IMG/VR virus record: IMGVR_UViG_3300021957_000009
Coordinates: 1-64,000 of that record
From: a virus
Length of the DNA: 64,000 bases
Reading direction: 5' to 3' (one strand)
Below, piece by piece: positions 46,811-56,668 of this stretch (position 1 is its first letter; each line of letters starts with the position of its first letter). A program made the translations under genes and the position numbers. A model generated the notes under the pieces. The model had not been told where the DNA came from and made no database searches. It saw only the letters and a program-made list of their open reading frames with translations.

Positions 46811-46951
46811 TTATTCGTTAAAATCTAGCTCATCTAGATCTTCGTCCTGTTTCTCACCACACATTGGACAAAATAAAACTATTTCGTCGTCTTCGTGGCC
46901 TATTATACTTTTATTATAACAATAATCACAATTGACGACTGTTCGTTTCAT
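46811..46951 (-). CDS. Small zinc-ribbon protein (46 aa)
   Basis: Read manually: MKRTVVNCDYC...FCPMCGE plus an acidic tail. Confidence 0.7.
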   Translation of the reverse strand: MKRTVVNCDYCYNKSIIGHEDDEIVLFCPMCGEKQDEDLDELDFNE

Positions 46952-46954
46952 ATT

Positions 46955-47176
46955 TTATCCTAGTAGTTGTTTTAAGTTATCGTACCCACCAATCTTTTCT
47001 TCATTTACTATAATCTGCGGAAACGTTCTTGCATTTGGAAATGTATCTAACATTTCGTTTCTACTAAAATCTATTCCGTAATGTTTATAGGTATATTCTA
47101 AACCTTTTAGTTCACATAAATTTTTAGCCATCACACAAAACGGGCATGGCTCTTTACCCCAAATTTCTATATTCAA
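46955..47176 (-). CDS. Glutaredoxin (NrdC-like)
   Basis: CPFC active site; RTFPQI; IGGY; downstream of nrdB. Confidence 0.9.
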   Translation of the reverse strand: MNIEIWGKEPCPFCVMAKNLCELKGLEYTYKHYGIDFSRNEMLDTFPNARTFPQIIVNEEKIGGYDNLKQLLG

Positions 47177-47367
47177 TTCACTACTCCATTAATTGTCCAA
47201 AATGATAATAACATAAAGCCAAATACAGCAACTTGAATTACTGCAGCCCAAAATATCTGTCTCATTGGATGTATTTCTGTTAATTTTTCTATCCACGATT
47301 CACTCGGTGATAGGTTTACTACTTGTAAAACTTTTTCCGGTTTTGTAAACCATGGTACATGTATCAT
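47173..47367 (-). CDS. Small membrane protein
   Basis: 64 aa; C-terminal TM; overlapping start and stop with its neighbours. Confidence 0.6.
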   Translation of the reverse strand: MIHVPWFTKPEKVLQVVNLSPSESWIEKLTEIHPMRQIFWAAVIQVAVFGFMLLSFWTINGVVN

Positions 47368-48437
47368 AGACTTAAACCGGCTAATGCGTTACTATCTATA
47401 TCCTGCTTTACGCCACCGATTACATATGAACTAATTTCAGTTTCTTGTGGAGCAACTTGTACGTTACCTCCGCCAATCCATTTTTCAGTCCATGGTAATG
47501 GATTTGCCTGTGGAGTTACATAAGGGCAAGGTAATCCAATTGCTCTCATTCTTTTACAACCAATCCACTCGATATAATCACTTAATATCTTCTCATTTAG
47601 TCCAATCATTGAACCGTTCTGAAATAGATATTTAGCCCATTCTTTTTCTTGATTAATTACCTCTTCATATAAAGCAATTGATTCTGCTTCTAATTCTTTT
47701 GCAATCTTTTCAAAATCTTTATCTTCTTTCTTAAGAAGTTTTAGCATAGTAGTAGTTGATGCTAAGTGTACATTTTCGTCACGAGCAATCAATTTAATAA
47801 TCTTCGCATTACCTTCCATCTTTTTAAGTTCAGCAAATGCCCATGAACACGCAAATGATACATAGAATCTTACACCTTCTAATGCATTAGCACTCATCAT
47901 AGCCATCCAAATTGCTCGCTTATGATCCATTTTATTTGTCGGACCATGATTCGCATCAATCAAATCATCATAGTATTTACCAATAGACTTACCACAATCC
48001 ATAATATTCTTTTGTGATAATAAATCATCAAATACAAAAGATGGATCTGGATAGATATTACGAATAATATGTGTGTATGATCTACTGTGAATTGTTTCAG
48101 AGAATGACCAGGTTTCAATCCAGTTCTCTACTTCAGGTAGTGATACTATAGGTAGAAATGCTAAGTTAGGCGCACGTCCTTGCACACTATCAAGTAGAAT
48201 TTGTCTTTTTAAATTGCTCGTAAAAATGTGTTGTTCATTTTCTGTAAGAGCATTAAAATCCTTTTTGTCTTTTGATACATCAACTTCTTCAGGTCTCCAA
48301 AAGAAACCTAATTGTTTATCTGTGATTTTATCCATCTGTGGATATTTTACTTCATCATATCGCTGAATATCAACCGCTTCATCAAGAAACATATTTTTCA
48401 GTAAGTGCGATTTTTTATTCTTCTTCAATACAGCCAT
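47364..48437 (-). CDS. nrdB: Ribonucleotide reductase class Ia beta subunit
   Basis: FFWRPEE; QILLDSVQGR; ETIHSRSYTHI; LEGVRFYVSF; IARDENVH; VAPQETEISSY. Confidence 0.97.
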   Translation of the reverse strand: MAVLKKNKKSHLLKNMFLDEAVDIQRYDEVKYPQMDKITDKQLGFFWRPEEVDVSKDKKDFNALTENEQHIFTSNLKRQILLDSVQGRAPNLAFLPIVSLPEVENWIETWSFSETIHSRSYTHIIRNIYPDPSFVFDDLLSQKNIMDCGKSIGKYYDDLIDANHGPTNKMDHKRAIWMAMMSANALEGVRFYVSFACSWAFAELKKMEGNAKIIKLIARDENVHLASTTTMLKLLKKEDKDFEKIAKELEAESIALYEEVINQEKEWAKYLFQNGSMIGLNEKILSDYIEWIGCKRMRAIGLPCPYVTPQANPLPWTEKWIGGGNVQVAPQETEISSYVIGGVKQDIDSNALAGLSL

Positions 48438-48588
48438 TCATTTTTCCTTGTTTTCTAAATCGTTTATTATAACCTTTCTTAATACTCTTTGTAACACCAG
48501 GGCTCGTCAAGTACTTATACCACTTTCTTGCCGGAGTAAGAGCATCAAACTCGTCACCGCCTTTTAAAGGTATTCTTTTTTTCTTCAT
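48415..48588 (-). CDS. Small basic hypothetical protein between nrdA and nrdB (57 aa)
   Basis: Read manually: MKKKRIPLKGGDEFDALTPARKWYKYL...KKGYNKRFRK; ATG overlaps the nrdA stop. Confidence 0.65.
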   Translation of the reverse strand: MKKKRIPLKGGDEFDALTPARKWYKYLTSPGVTKSIKKGYNKRFRKQGKMNGCIEEE

Positions 48589-50900
48589 ATCTTACATGAT
48601 TCACAATCATCTTCGTCCTCGTATTGTGAACTCTCTCCGTCATATGCGTGATGTGTTGTTTCGTCGACCATTTCTCCAGCACCATCAAAAGTGTTAAAGT
48701 AGTACAACTGCTTTAGACCGTATTTGTAAGACGTTACAAGATCAGTCAACATTACAGACATTGGTATCTTATTATCCTCATAGTGTTCTGGATTATAAGA
48801 AGTATTTACACTAATGCCTTGATCTATGTATTTTTGGAGAATAGCACAGATCTTAAGATAACCATCAGGAGATTTTTGATCCCACAATAAGTCATACTTA
48901 TTTTTTAAGTGATGATAGCCAGGAACAACCTGTGCCATCACACCATCTTTCGACTGTTTGTAACTAACTAATGCTCGAGGTGGTTCAATACCATTCGTGC
49001 TATTAGAAATTTGAGCGCTTGTTTCCGCTGGCATAAGTGCCATGAGTGTGGAATTTCGAGTACCTGTTTCTTTGAGTTTCTCACGAAGCTCGTTCCACGG
49101 TAGTCTTTCCGTATGCTCTATTAAATTATCTAGCTCTCGTTTATATGTATCAATTGGGAGAACTCCACCGGCATATTTTGTATCATTTTTTAAGTTTATT
49201 TCACCTTTTTCTACTGCTAATTTCTGTGAAGCTTCGATTAAGTAATATGACCATGCCTCTGCATATTCATCTACTGTTTCAAAGGCTCCTTCGTCATATT
49301 TAAGACCACGTTTGGCCAAAAAGTATGCTAGGTTAATAATACCAATACCCAGCGGTCTACGATTCATAGTCCCAACTTCAGCTGCGCGTACAGGGTAAGA
49401 CTGATAATCAAGCAACTCATCCAAAGCACGAACAGAAAGATCGCAATATTTTTTAAAGTCTTTGGGTTCATTGATTAATCCCCAATTGATTGCTGATAGT
49501 GTACATAGAGATATTTCACCTTCATCTGGATTGTCTGATAATGGACTTGTTGGTAGATCAATTTCACAACATAGATTGCTCATACGTATTGGAGCTTTTT
49601 TTGCAATAAAAGAACCGTGATCATTTGCATGATCTACATTCATAGTATATATTCGGCCTGTATCTTTTCGTTGTTGCATTAGAGTTGAGAATACTTCTGT
49701 TGCTGGTAAAGTCTTTTTACGAACAGAATATGCCCTTTCATATTTTTCATACAGTTCTCTAAATTTATCTTGATCGTCAAAGAACGACTCATATAACCCT
49801 GGAACATCATTAGGATCAAAGAAGGTTATATTACCACCAGTCAACAGTCTTTCATACATCAGCTTATTTAGCTGGAATGCATAGTCCATATGGCGAACAC
49901 GATTTTCTTCAATGCCTTTATTGTTTTTAAGTACTACTAGATCTTCAAATTCATAATGCCATATAGGTAGATATACTGTTGCTGCACCACCGCGGACACC
50001 ACCTTGTGAACAAGATTTTACCGCAGCTTGGAAATATTTTAAGAATGGTATTAATCCAGTATGTACAACTGAACCATCACCAACTCTTGCGCCCTCGCCA
50101 CGAATAGATCCAACTCCAATACCAATACCAGCTTTTTTACTAATATATTTTACGATGGAAGTTGCAGTAGCATTAATAGAATCGAGACTATCGCCAGATT
50201 CGATAAGCACACAACTTGAAAACTGACGGGTTGGAGTACGTACTCCTGCCATAATTGGTGTAGGTAACGAGATATAGAATAAAGAAATTGCATCATAATA
50301 GTCCTTCACGTATTTCATACGAGTTTCTGGTGGGTAATTAGAAAACAGCGTTGCAGATATCATCATGTACAATATCTGAGGAGTTTCGTAATGTTGCTTT
50401 GTTTTACGATCTTGTACTAAGTACTTACCTCTAAACTGTTCCATGCCAGCATAAGTGAAGGTATCATCACGATCGTGTTTAATATATGCATCTAGCTCGT
50501 CAATTTCATCGCGGTTATATAACTTCATGATATTGCCGTCATAAACTTCTCTATCGACATTATCGATAATAACACGAGCTAATGAATGCGGTTTAAAATC
50601 ACCATATACTTCTTTACGAAGCTTATATGAAACTAATCGAGCTGCTACAAATTGGTAATTAGGAGTGTGCTCAGAGATTAATTCTGCCGCTGATTTAATA
50701 AGAAGCTCATGTATATCATAAGCAGGTATTTTGTCGTACAGTTGTATATTCGCTTTAAGCTCGATCTCAGAGATTGATACTCCGGATATATCGGCTGTGG
50801 CCCATTCTAAAACTTTGTGTACTTTCTCTAAGTCAAAGTCTTGTGATGTTCCGTCGCGCTTGGTTACGTGCATCGTCATAAGTGGTTGTCCATCATTCAT
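48585..50900 (-). CDS. nrdA: Ribonucleotide reductase class Ia alpha subunit (with ATP cone)
   Basis: VTKRDG ATP cone; PTPIMAG; FSSCVL; SNLCCEI; LCTL; MPAETS; YYFNT; C-terminal CESC. Confidence 0.97.
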   Translation of the reverse strand: MNDGQPLMTMHVTKRDGTSQDFDLEKVHKVLEWATADISGVSISEIELKANIQLYDKIPAYDIHELLIKSAAELISEHTPNYQFVAARLVSYKLRKEVYGDFKPHSLARVIIDNVDREVYDGNIMKLYNRDEIDELDAYIKHDRDDTFTYAGMEQFRGKYLVQDRKTKQHYETPQILYMMISATLFSNYPPETRMKYVKDYYDAISLFYISLPTPIMAGVRTPTRQFSSCVLIESGDSLDSINATATSIVKYISKKAGIGIGVGSIRGEGARVGDGSVVHTGLIPFLKYFQAAVKSCSQGGVRGGAATVYLPIWHYEFEDLVVLKNNKGIEENRVRHMDYAFQLNKLMYERLLTGGNITFFDPNDVPGLYESFFDDQDKFRELYEKYERAYSVRKKTLPATEVFSTLMQQRKDTGRIYTMNVDHANDHGSFIAKKAPIRMSNLCCEIDLPTSPLSDNPDEGEISLCTLSAINWGLINEPKDFKKYCDLSVRALDELLDYQSYPVRAAEVGTMNRRPLGIGIINLAYFLAKRGLKYDEGAFETVDEYAEAWSYYLIEASQKLAVEKGEINLKNDTKYAGGVLPIDTYKRELDNLIEHTERLPWNELREKLKETGTRNSTLMALMPAETSAQISNSTNGIEPPRALVSYKQSKDGVMAQVVPGYHHLKNKYDLLWDQKSPDGYLKICAILQKYIDQGISVNTSYNPEHYEDNKIPMSVMLTDLVTSYKYGLKQLYYFNTFDGAGEMVDETTHHAYDGESSQYEDEDDCESCKI

Positions 50901-50928
50901 AGTCAGTTAATTAATTAATAATATATAT

Positions 50929-50957
50929 ATTATAACACAAAACCTAGGTTTTGTACA
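50929..50957 (-). promoter_or_regulatory. Early-type promoter TGTACA-N17-TATAAT for the nrd operon
   Basis: -35 at 50952-50957, -10 at 50929-50934. Confidence 0.72.
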
Positions 50958-50960
50958 TGG

Positions 50961-51278
50961 TTATTTTTTCTTTTTTTCGAGTTTCTCGATTCGTGCGATG
51001 AGTTCTGGGTATACTTCGAACTCGTGTAGTTCCTTGCAAGGATGTGAACACTTTTCAACTTCATCTAATCTCTGCGCAGCAAGGGGATACTGCTTTCTAA
51101 ACTTAGCGTCTTTCTTAGCAAGTTCAAGGTCGTACTTTTCTGCAAAGTGTTGCATAAATCTGTCTACTTGTTTTTGAAACCAAATGCCGCCAGTTGTGCC
51201 CTGAAACCAGTTATAGAATGATGATCCTATAACTGAACTAAGAATAGATTTTAATGATAGTATGAGTAGAAAGTACAT
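50961..51278 (-). CDS. Hypothetical protein
   Basis: 105 aa; hydrophobic N-terminus; repeated YP.L..R...E motif; coupled to the lipase gene by TAATG. Confidence 0.7.
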   Translation of the reverse strand: MYFLLILSLKSILSSVIGSSFYNWFQGTTGGIWFQKQVDRFMQHFAEKYDLELAKKDAKFRKQYPLAAQRLDEVEKCSHPCKELHEFEVYPELIARIEKLEKKKK

Positions 51279-52030
51279 TACTTTTCCTTAGCAAGCTTTT
51301 TAATAGCTTTAACGTAGTTAGGCATTCCATGATCTACAACTCCATCAAAGAATTTCCATCTTTTCCAAGAGTTAAGAATACCATAGAATGTATCAGTCCA
51401 AGTTGGCTTAAGTTGCTTATCACCAAATCTATTAAAGTAAATCATTTGACCGTGATGTCTAAATCCTAACCATGCAGGTGGGATTCTACATACGATATCG
51501 TTATTATTCATAAATCTATAATGATCTGCATTTATGTTTTTGATGAAGTGTTTACCACCGACTCTTGGTGAACCGAATGTAAATAACTCTTCTGGAGTAT
51601 AACGAGTTGTAGCAATAGTGGCCATAGCTGCACCTAAAGAATGTCCAGTAAAGTATACGTCTTTTCTTACTTTTAACTGGTCATTATGATCAAGTTCTTT
51701 TACAATGTCCATCCATACGTCATCGACTTCTTCTTGGAATCCACCGTGAACTTTACCACCGGCTTTTGCAGTGTTTTTAATCACCTTTAAATCTGCTAAT
51801 ACATCATTTAGCTTAGAAGGTTCTGTTCCTCTAAAAGCAAACCATAGATCATTTCTATCCTTTGCGATGAGTACTTCAGCACCATCTCTACTAATAATTT
51901 TACCTGACGCAAATCCTAATTTTTTACAGGCAGTGTCAGCCGGCTTAGGATTCATATAGGCAATTGCTGATAGCTTTGCTGCTACTTCTGCTCTTTCCCA
52001 TACCGTCATATCATCTTTCATTCTACTCAT
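51278..52030 (-). CDS. Lipase class 3 (alpha/beta hydrolase)
   Basis: FAFRGTE; VHGGF; TGHSLGAAMA nucleophile elbow; TFGSPRVG; NNNDIV..IPP; DH.M..Y. Start set at ATG 52030. Confidence 0.9.
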   Translation of the reverse strand: MSRMKDDMTVWERAEVAAKLSAIAYMNPKPADTACKKLGFASGKIISRDGAEVLIAKDRNDLWFAFRGTEPSKLNDVLADLKVIKNTAKAGGKVHGGFQEEVDDVWMDIVKELDHNDQLKVRKDVYFTGHSLGAAMATIATTRYTPEELFTFGSPRVGGKHFIKNINADHYRFMNNNDIVCRIPPAWLGFRHHGQMIYFNRFGDKQLKPTWTDTFYGILNSWKRWKFFDGVVDHGMPNYVKAIKKLAKEK

Positions 52031-52520
52031 TTTCTTTCTCCACTTTAATTTCCACTGCTCCGCCATCTTCATCATTTATTGTCACGTTCCTATAGTAAAC
52101 TATCACCTCACCGAGCTGATTAATATATCTTTTTATTTCTTGCGTATTATAAGACATTAGCTCATAATCAGCAACACTCATGGCAACAAAAACAATATCG
52201 CCTCCGTGTTTCTTTTTAATATCATCGATAAATCTATCGAGATATGTATACCCTTCAGGGTACAAATCTTCTCTACCTAATTTACAGTTTGATTTTTTAG
52301 TTTCAGGATCCTTAAGACAATTCTCAATTATTTTTGTATCTGAAACTACATACCATTTAGGTTCTTTTAAATCAATTGCTCTTGGCATCACAGGCTGAAC
52401 AATATCTATTTTTACTGGTTTTGTTATAATCTCAACTTCTCTTGGAGCCTGCTGTAATAGACTACAACCACTAATCGTTAAGAGAGCTAATACGCTGACT
52501 ATCTGCTTCAATCGCATCAA
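52023..52520 (-). CDS. Outer-membrane lipoprotein, putative o-spanin
   Basis: Lipobox ISGC; Pro-rich linker; overlaps the 3' end of the i-spanin-like gene. Confidence 0.65.
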   Translation of the reverse strand: MMRLKQIVSVLALLTISGCSLLQQAPREVEIITKPVKIDIVQPVMPRAIDLKEPKWYVVSDTKIIENCLKDPETKKSNCKLGREDLYPEGYTYLDRFIDDIKKKHGGDIVFVAMSVADYELMSYNTQEIKRYINQLGEVIVYYRNVTINDEDGGAVEIKVEKENE

Positions 52521-52863
52521 AGACCTCCTTCGTTTGAGCGTTTGCTCGGGTTTCTATCATACCAGGTTTTGCACTAGCAAGTTTAGCAATATTATGTCTT
52601 CTAAATATATCTAGATAATCTGCCATTTGTGTTTCGTATTGTTGATTTTGTACTTGTAAACCACTCAAGGCTTGAGTGGTTTGTGCTAGGTTATTTTGAA
52701 CTGCTTCAATAGTAGCTTTTTGTTCTTGATCTCTTAGATCTTGCGCTAAGATAACTTTAGTTTGTTCTTCGAGTTTGTTTTTCATAGGAACAACTGAGAA
52801 CTGATAATACATCATTCCGGATAAACCCATAGCAACAATAATTCCAATCAACAATTTACTCAT
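52471..52863 (-). CDS. Putative i-spanin
   Basis: N-terminal TM, long coiled coil, LA.AKPG..E.R.N motif. Confidence 0.65.
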   Translation of the reverse strand: MSKLLIGIIVAMGLSGMMYYQFSVVPMKNKLEEQTKVILAQDLRDQEQKATIEAVQNNLAQTTQALSGLQVQNQQYETQMADYLDIFRRHNIAKLASAKPGMIETRANAQTKEVFDAIEADSQRISSLND

Positions 52864-52864
52864 A

Positions 52865-53173
52865 CTACAATCTTTCTATATCTACACCAAGAACTTTTAA
52901 TACTACTTTACGTATTTTTTTATCATCTGTTCCCCAATGTTTACTGTATGAGTTAAACCTAATAGAATCTCTCCTAATATCTAAATCTTTACCATTAACA
53001 TCATATCCGGCCTGTTTAAATGCCTTTTCAACGTCATATCCGTGTGCGCCATTTCTAAGCTTAAGTTCCATACCACCGGATCTCCAGTACCTAAAGTCAT
53101 TTTTACTAAACTTATAAGCTTCGGTAATCTCTTCTTTAGACAGTTCTTCTTTTAATTGTTCAAACGTTTTCAT
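52865..53173 (-). CDS. Putative internal head protein
   Basis: Starts MKTFEQLKEE...ITEA (capsid-targeting-like leader). Confidence 0.65.
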   Translation of the reverse strand: MKTFEQLKEELSKEEITEAYKFSKNDFRYWRSGGMELKLRNGAHGYDVEKAFKQAGYDVNGKDLDIRRDSIRFNSYSKHWGTDDKKIRKVVLKVLGVDIERL

Positions 53174-53175
53174 AG

Positions 53176-53586
53176 TTATTCCTTTATCTTATACTTTTTA
53201 ATAAGTATTTCTTTAGCCTGATGCATCGCCATATTTGCAGCATCTGTATTCTTTATTGTATCAAAGATGATATCGCCGCCACCGTAATCAAAGAACCTTT
53301 CAACATCTCTTAGACTTTTAATTCTGTCTTTCTTAAAAGCTTTTTCAAGAGAAGGCATAACCTTTTTTACATCAGAGTTTACACTTTCTTTAACTTCTTT
53401 TTTAGCCTCAGCAGCTTTTCTTCTGTTTAAAATTCTTTCAACGAATCGTCTTCCGGCTTTAGTTCTACCATCATAGACTGTTTTGCTTTTCTTTTTCTTA
53501 TCGTGCACTGCATCAGATGGCATTGATACACCACCAGCTCCTACTGAATTAGCTGCGTCTTCCCATACATCTTTAAATGTTTTCAT
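53176..53586 (-). CDS. Putative internal head protein
   Basis: Starts MKTFKDVWED; AANSVGAGGV..P, YDGRTK; internal VKES. Confidence 0.65.
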   Translation of the reverse strand: MKTFKDVWEDAANSVGAGGVSMPSDAVHDKKKKSKTVYDGRTKAGRRFVERILNRRKAAEAKKEVKESVNSDVKKVMPSLEKAFKKDRIKSLRDVERFFDYGGGDIIFDTIKNTDAANMAMHQAKEILIKKYKIKE

Positions 53587-54179
53587 CTTTTTATATCCGC
53601 ACTCGTTATGAGTATTTGTTGTTTAGTTAAAACATGTTCTACTTGATACACGTTTAAACCAAAAATAGAACCGCTAGGTTCTGTAAAATCTAGTACGCTT
53701 ACCATACTATTTATATGTGCAATCACTTCAGCCGTTTGTGGAGATGCAATATCTTGCACTAATTTATATTTCCCTGGAGCGAGTTTGTTATCTTTCTCAA
53801 ACCATGCCGCGCTTTCAGACAAATCAATGTTTTCATCAAAGTCACCAAATATATCATTCAGCATTGTTTGTAGCTCAACGTCTTGTAATCCTGTTTCTTC
53901 TTTAACTAAAAATAAAGCAGAAGCGTATGTTGCTAGCTTAGTGCCTAATGTTCCAGGCACTTTATTCAACAATCTTTTAATGTTAAACACTAATCTATGG
54001 AAAATAGTAAAGGCCGATTTTTCCTGAGGTGTTTTACGGTCAACTTTTTTCTTAAGTATCTTTCCGTTTCCGTCAATGATACCAAGCCTATAAGCTTCCA
54101 TATTTTCCCAAGGTGTTACTAATAGCTTTAGAAACCTAAAGGCATAGAATAAATCACCTGTTCTCGAGATTACTCCCAT
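53583..54179 (-). CDS. Conserved T4-like hypothetical protein
   Basis: D..Y.FRFLKLL.TPW....AY.LGIID..G; FHRLVFNIKRLL; A.YA.AL.L.KE. Confidence 0.8.
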   Translation of the reverse strand: MGVISRTGDLFYAFRFLKLLVTPWENMEAYRLGIIDGNGKILKKKVDRKTPQEKSAFTIFHRLVFNIKRLLNKVPGTLGTKLATYASALFLVKEETGLQDVELQTMLNDIFGDFDENIDLSESAAWFEKDNKLAPGKYKLVQDIASPQTAEVIAHINSMVSVLDFTEPSGSIFGLNVYQVEHVLTKQQILITSADIKR

Positions 54180-54550
54180 TAAATTTTCCTCAGTCTCTCT
54201 ATTACGTTTGTGTCTAAAGGTATTTCAACCTTATAATCTTCTGGCAAATAATTTAAGAAAACTAAAAATGTCTTTAGTTGAGAATAATGCTCGGGTTCTA
54301 TTTTAAACCACATCATTCTGTTAGCAGCTTTAATACCAAATACATTATACAAAACTATAATGTGGTTTAATATAAGCCTTTCTTGCAAATCGCCGTGTTG
54401 TTCATAACGTCTAAGTAATCTTTTAAGATACTTAAACCTTGTTAAATCTTCTTTGAACTCTTCGACCTCAATACATTCCGGGTTATTGTAATGTTGAGAT
54501 GCGAAGAGTTCAAAGTTCCTACTAGTCAAAGTGTCAAATATTTTCATCAT
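54179..54550 (-). CDS. Conserved T4-like hypothetical protein
   Basis: NF..FA...Y.NP.C...EF.EDL.RFKY.KRL; L.ERLILNH.IVLYNVFG. Confidence 0.82.
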   Translation of the reverse strand: MMKIFDTLTSRNFELFASQHYNNPECIEVEEFKEDLTRFKYLKRLLRRYEQHGDLQERLILNHIIVLYNVFGIKAANRMMWFKIEPEHYSQLKTFLVFLNYLPEDYKVEIPLDTNVIERLRKI

Positions 54551-54571
54551 ATATTATCTATAAAAGATATT

Positions 54572-55744
54572 TTAGCTATATTCTTTCTGCAACTCTTTGA
54601 ATGTTTTACCTTCAAATCCCATAAAGTCTTGGAAATATTTAACTAGAGCTTTTTCATCACCGGTAAATATACCAGCATCTGAACCCATCATTCCGTCACC
54701 TTTACCTTTTTTAAATGAAACTTTAATCTTCATCTTTTTAGCAGCTTTGTCACCACCAACGTTTTTCATTTCATCTGAGTCAAAAGATGTTCTGATTTGA
54801 GCTTCTGCAATAGTTTCTTCTTTAACTGATTCATCTTTATCACTTTCGTTATCAGCTTCATAGTTCTTATCAACGTAATCAAAGAATTCTTTCTTTTTAT
54901 CGCCTTTAAGCTGAGCTGGAGAATCTACTCCAAATTTCTTAAGAGCAGACTTAAAGAATTTCTGATATCTTTCTTTATCTTCTTGCATCTTAGACTTAGC
55001 TTCGTTCATAGCGTGAGCTTCAGTTACTACTTCTTCAGTAACTTCTTCATTTGCCATTTGTAAAGCAGCTTTTACTTCTGGGTCGTCAGATAAACCTTTT
55101 TTCATCTTTTCGATTTTGTTAACAGCACCAGTCATATTACCACCCATCTTTAATGCAGTGTCGGTAGCTTTTTTCAATAAAGCTTTTGAAAACTTAGACT
55201 TAGCTTCCATTAATTCTGGAAAAAAGTCTTCAATATCTTCTGGATCCATATCGTAATCTTTTGATTGCAGATACGCCAAAATGTCTTTCTTTTGACCAGA
55301 AATATCGTATCCATCTCTTGTTTGCTTAAACTTAATTTTGAATTTTTTTGATGCCGCAGGAATTCCATCACCTGTATGATCAACATCAATTTTAGCTTTA
55401 CCTTTACCAGCTTTTAGTTTAGCTTCGTCAAGAGTAATGGTTACTTCTTCTTTAACCACAGAACCATCTTCTTTAGCGCCTGATTTTTTAACAGTATGCT
55501 TAGCTTTAAATTCTTTTTCGCCTTTTGCTTTTGGCTCAGCAACTTCGTCAACTTCAGGCTTTTCGTGTGTATAACCTTTATCAGCAAGTGCTTTATGTTC
55601 GGCTTCGTCTTTAGCTACTTCTTTTTTACCTGTTTCAGGATGGAACATATCGTGTGGATATTTTCCCTCTTCTTTTACTTTACCTTCAAGTACATCGCTA
55701 ACGGTTTCAGCAATGCTTAAAGTTGTGTTATCTTTAAGTTTCAT
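54572..55744 (-). CDS. Highly charged multi-module protein, putative prohead core/internal protein
   Basis: 390 aa; E/K-rich; many (L/I/V)xE sites; YQKFFKSALKKFGV.SP..L....KK.FF.YVD module. Confidence 0.6.
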   Translation of the reverse strand: MKLKDNTTLSIAETVSDVLEGKVKEEGKYPHDMFHPETGKKEVAKDEAEHKALADKGYTHEKPEVDEVAEPKAKGEKEFKAKHTVKKSGAKEDGSVVKEEVTITLDEAKLKAGKGKAKIDVDHTGDGIPAASKKFKIKFKQTRDGYDISGQKKDILAYLQSKDYDMDPEDIEDFFPELMEAKSKFSKALLKKATDTALKMGGNMTGAVNKIEKMKKGLSDDPEVKAALQMANEEVTEEVVTEAHAMNEAKSKMQEDKERYQKFFKSALKKFGVDSPAQLKGDKKKEFFDYVDKNYEADNESDKDESVKEETIAEAQIRTSFDSDEMKNVGGDKAAKKMKIKVSFKKGKGDGMMGSDAGIFTGDEKALVKYFQDFMGFEGKTFKELQKEYS

Positions 55745-55754
55745 ATTTTTTCTC

Positions 55755-56054
55755 CTAAGTTATGAAAAACATTCCTGTAATTGCTGTGGCTGCGCCTGCG
55801 ATTACTATCCAGAATAATTTATTTATTACGTTTACAGTTTGTGCATTCTCACGCACAAGTATTTCTAATCTATCAACTCTATTTATAAGAGTTAGTATCT
55901 GTTCTCCTTGTTGTTTACCGAATTCGGCCATTGTTGCAATTCTCTCTTCAGCTCTTGCTAATGAGATTATTACATCTGACATCCTATCGATTTTTTCTTC
56001 GATTCGATCAAGTCTTGCGGCTTGTTCTAATCTTTGCTCAGCTGCACTAGCCAT
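55755..56054 (-). CDS. Coiled-coil protein with a C-terminal TM
   Basis: RLDRIE.KID.....I.LARAEE; C-terminal hydrophobic helix. Start set at ATG 56054 after AGGA. Confidence 0.7.
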   Translation of the reverse strand: MASAAEQRLEQAARLDRIEEKIDRMSDVIISLARAEERIATMAEFGKQQGEQILTLINRVDRLEILVRENAQTVNVINKLFWIVIAGAATAITGMFFIT

Positions 56055-56316
56055 AGTTACATATCCTACATTTAAGCGGGGTTGCACCCTTGATTAATCT
56101 ATGATATTCTTCTTTCTTAATTCTGAACACCATACCTTTTTTGAGAAGCCACGGCAAACAATCCTGTAATTGAAACTGCCAGCCTTCGCCTTCTAAAATT
56201 TCTATTTCTCGGTCATCTTCATCACGATGCCATACGTATTCACGATCTTCTTTCGAAAGATCGAATTCTCTTATCGCACCGTCTTCCCAGTACGGTTTAC
56301 CAAAAGTAAGATCCAC
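56047..56316 (-). CDS. Small cupin-like protein (start uncertain)
   Basis: VWHRD..DR.I..LEG.GWQFQ....LP..L..G....I....YHRLIKG. GTG start inferred; the ORF-track N-terminus overlaps the upstream gene. Confidence 0.65.
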   Translation of the reverse strand: MDLTFGKPYWEDGAIREFDLSKEDREYVWHRDEDDREIEILEGEGWQFQLQDCLPWLLKKGMVFRIKKEEYHRLIKGATPLKCRICNYG

Positions 56317-56668
56317 CACCTTTAAGCCCCAAGTCTTTGGCGTATTTAGGCAATCTACATGCCCAATACCCCGGTTTAGTTTTATCAGTCTTAGTATCAC
56401 AATTATGACGTGATGCAAAATTCCTTGCTGCATCTCTATCATTAATTTTAGATGTAAGGCCACCCTTTTCGTCACCAAATTCGATCTTTTTCACATTACC
56501 CGTTTTAGGATTTTTTACATAAACCACATACTTCTTTTTACCGCTAGATCGTTTCGGTTTATTTAACTCTTGATCTTCATCAATTTCAATCATAGGTTGT
56601 TCTAAAGGTACATGTTGACCTTCGTATAAACCAAATCTTTCTTCAATGTGTTCTAAAAAACTATGCAT
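56297..56668 (-). CDS. Conserved hypothetical, putative internal head protein
   Basis: Starts MHSFLEHIEE; KKY.VYVK.P....KK..FGD, A..F..RH.C....DKT..GYW.C. Confidence 0.75.
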   Translation of the reverse strand: MHSFLEHIEERFGLYEGQHVPLEQPMIEIDEDQELNKPKRSSGKKKYVVYVKNPKTGNVKKIEFGDEKGGLTSKINDRDAARNFASRHNCDTKTDKTKPGYWACRLPKYAKDLGLKGGGSYFW

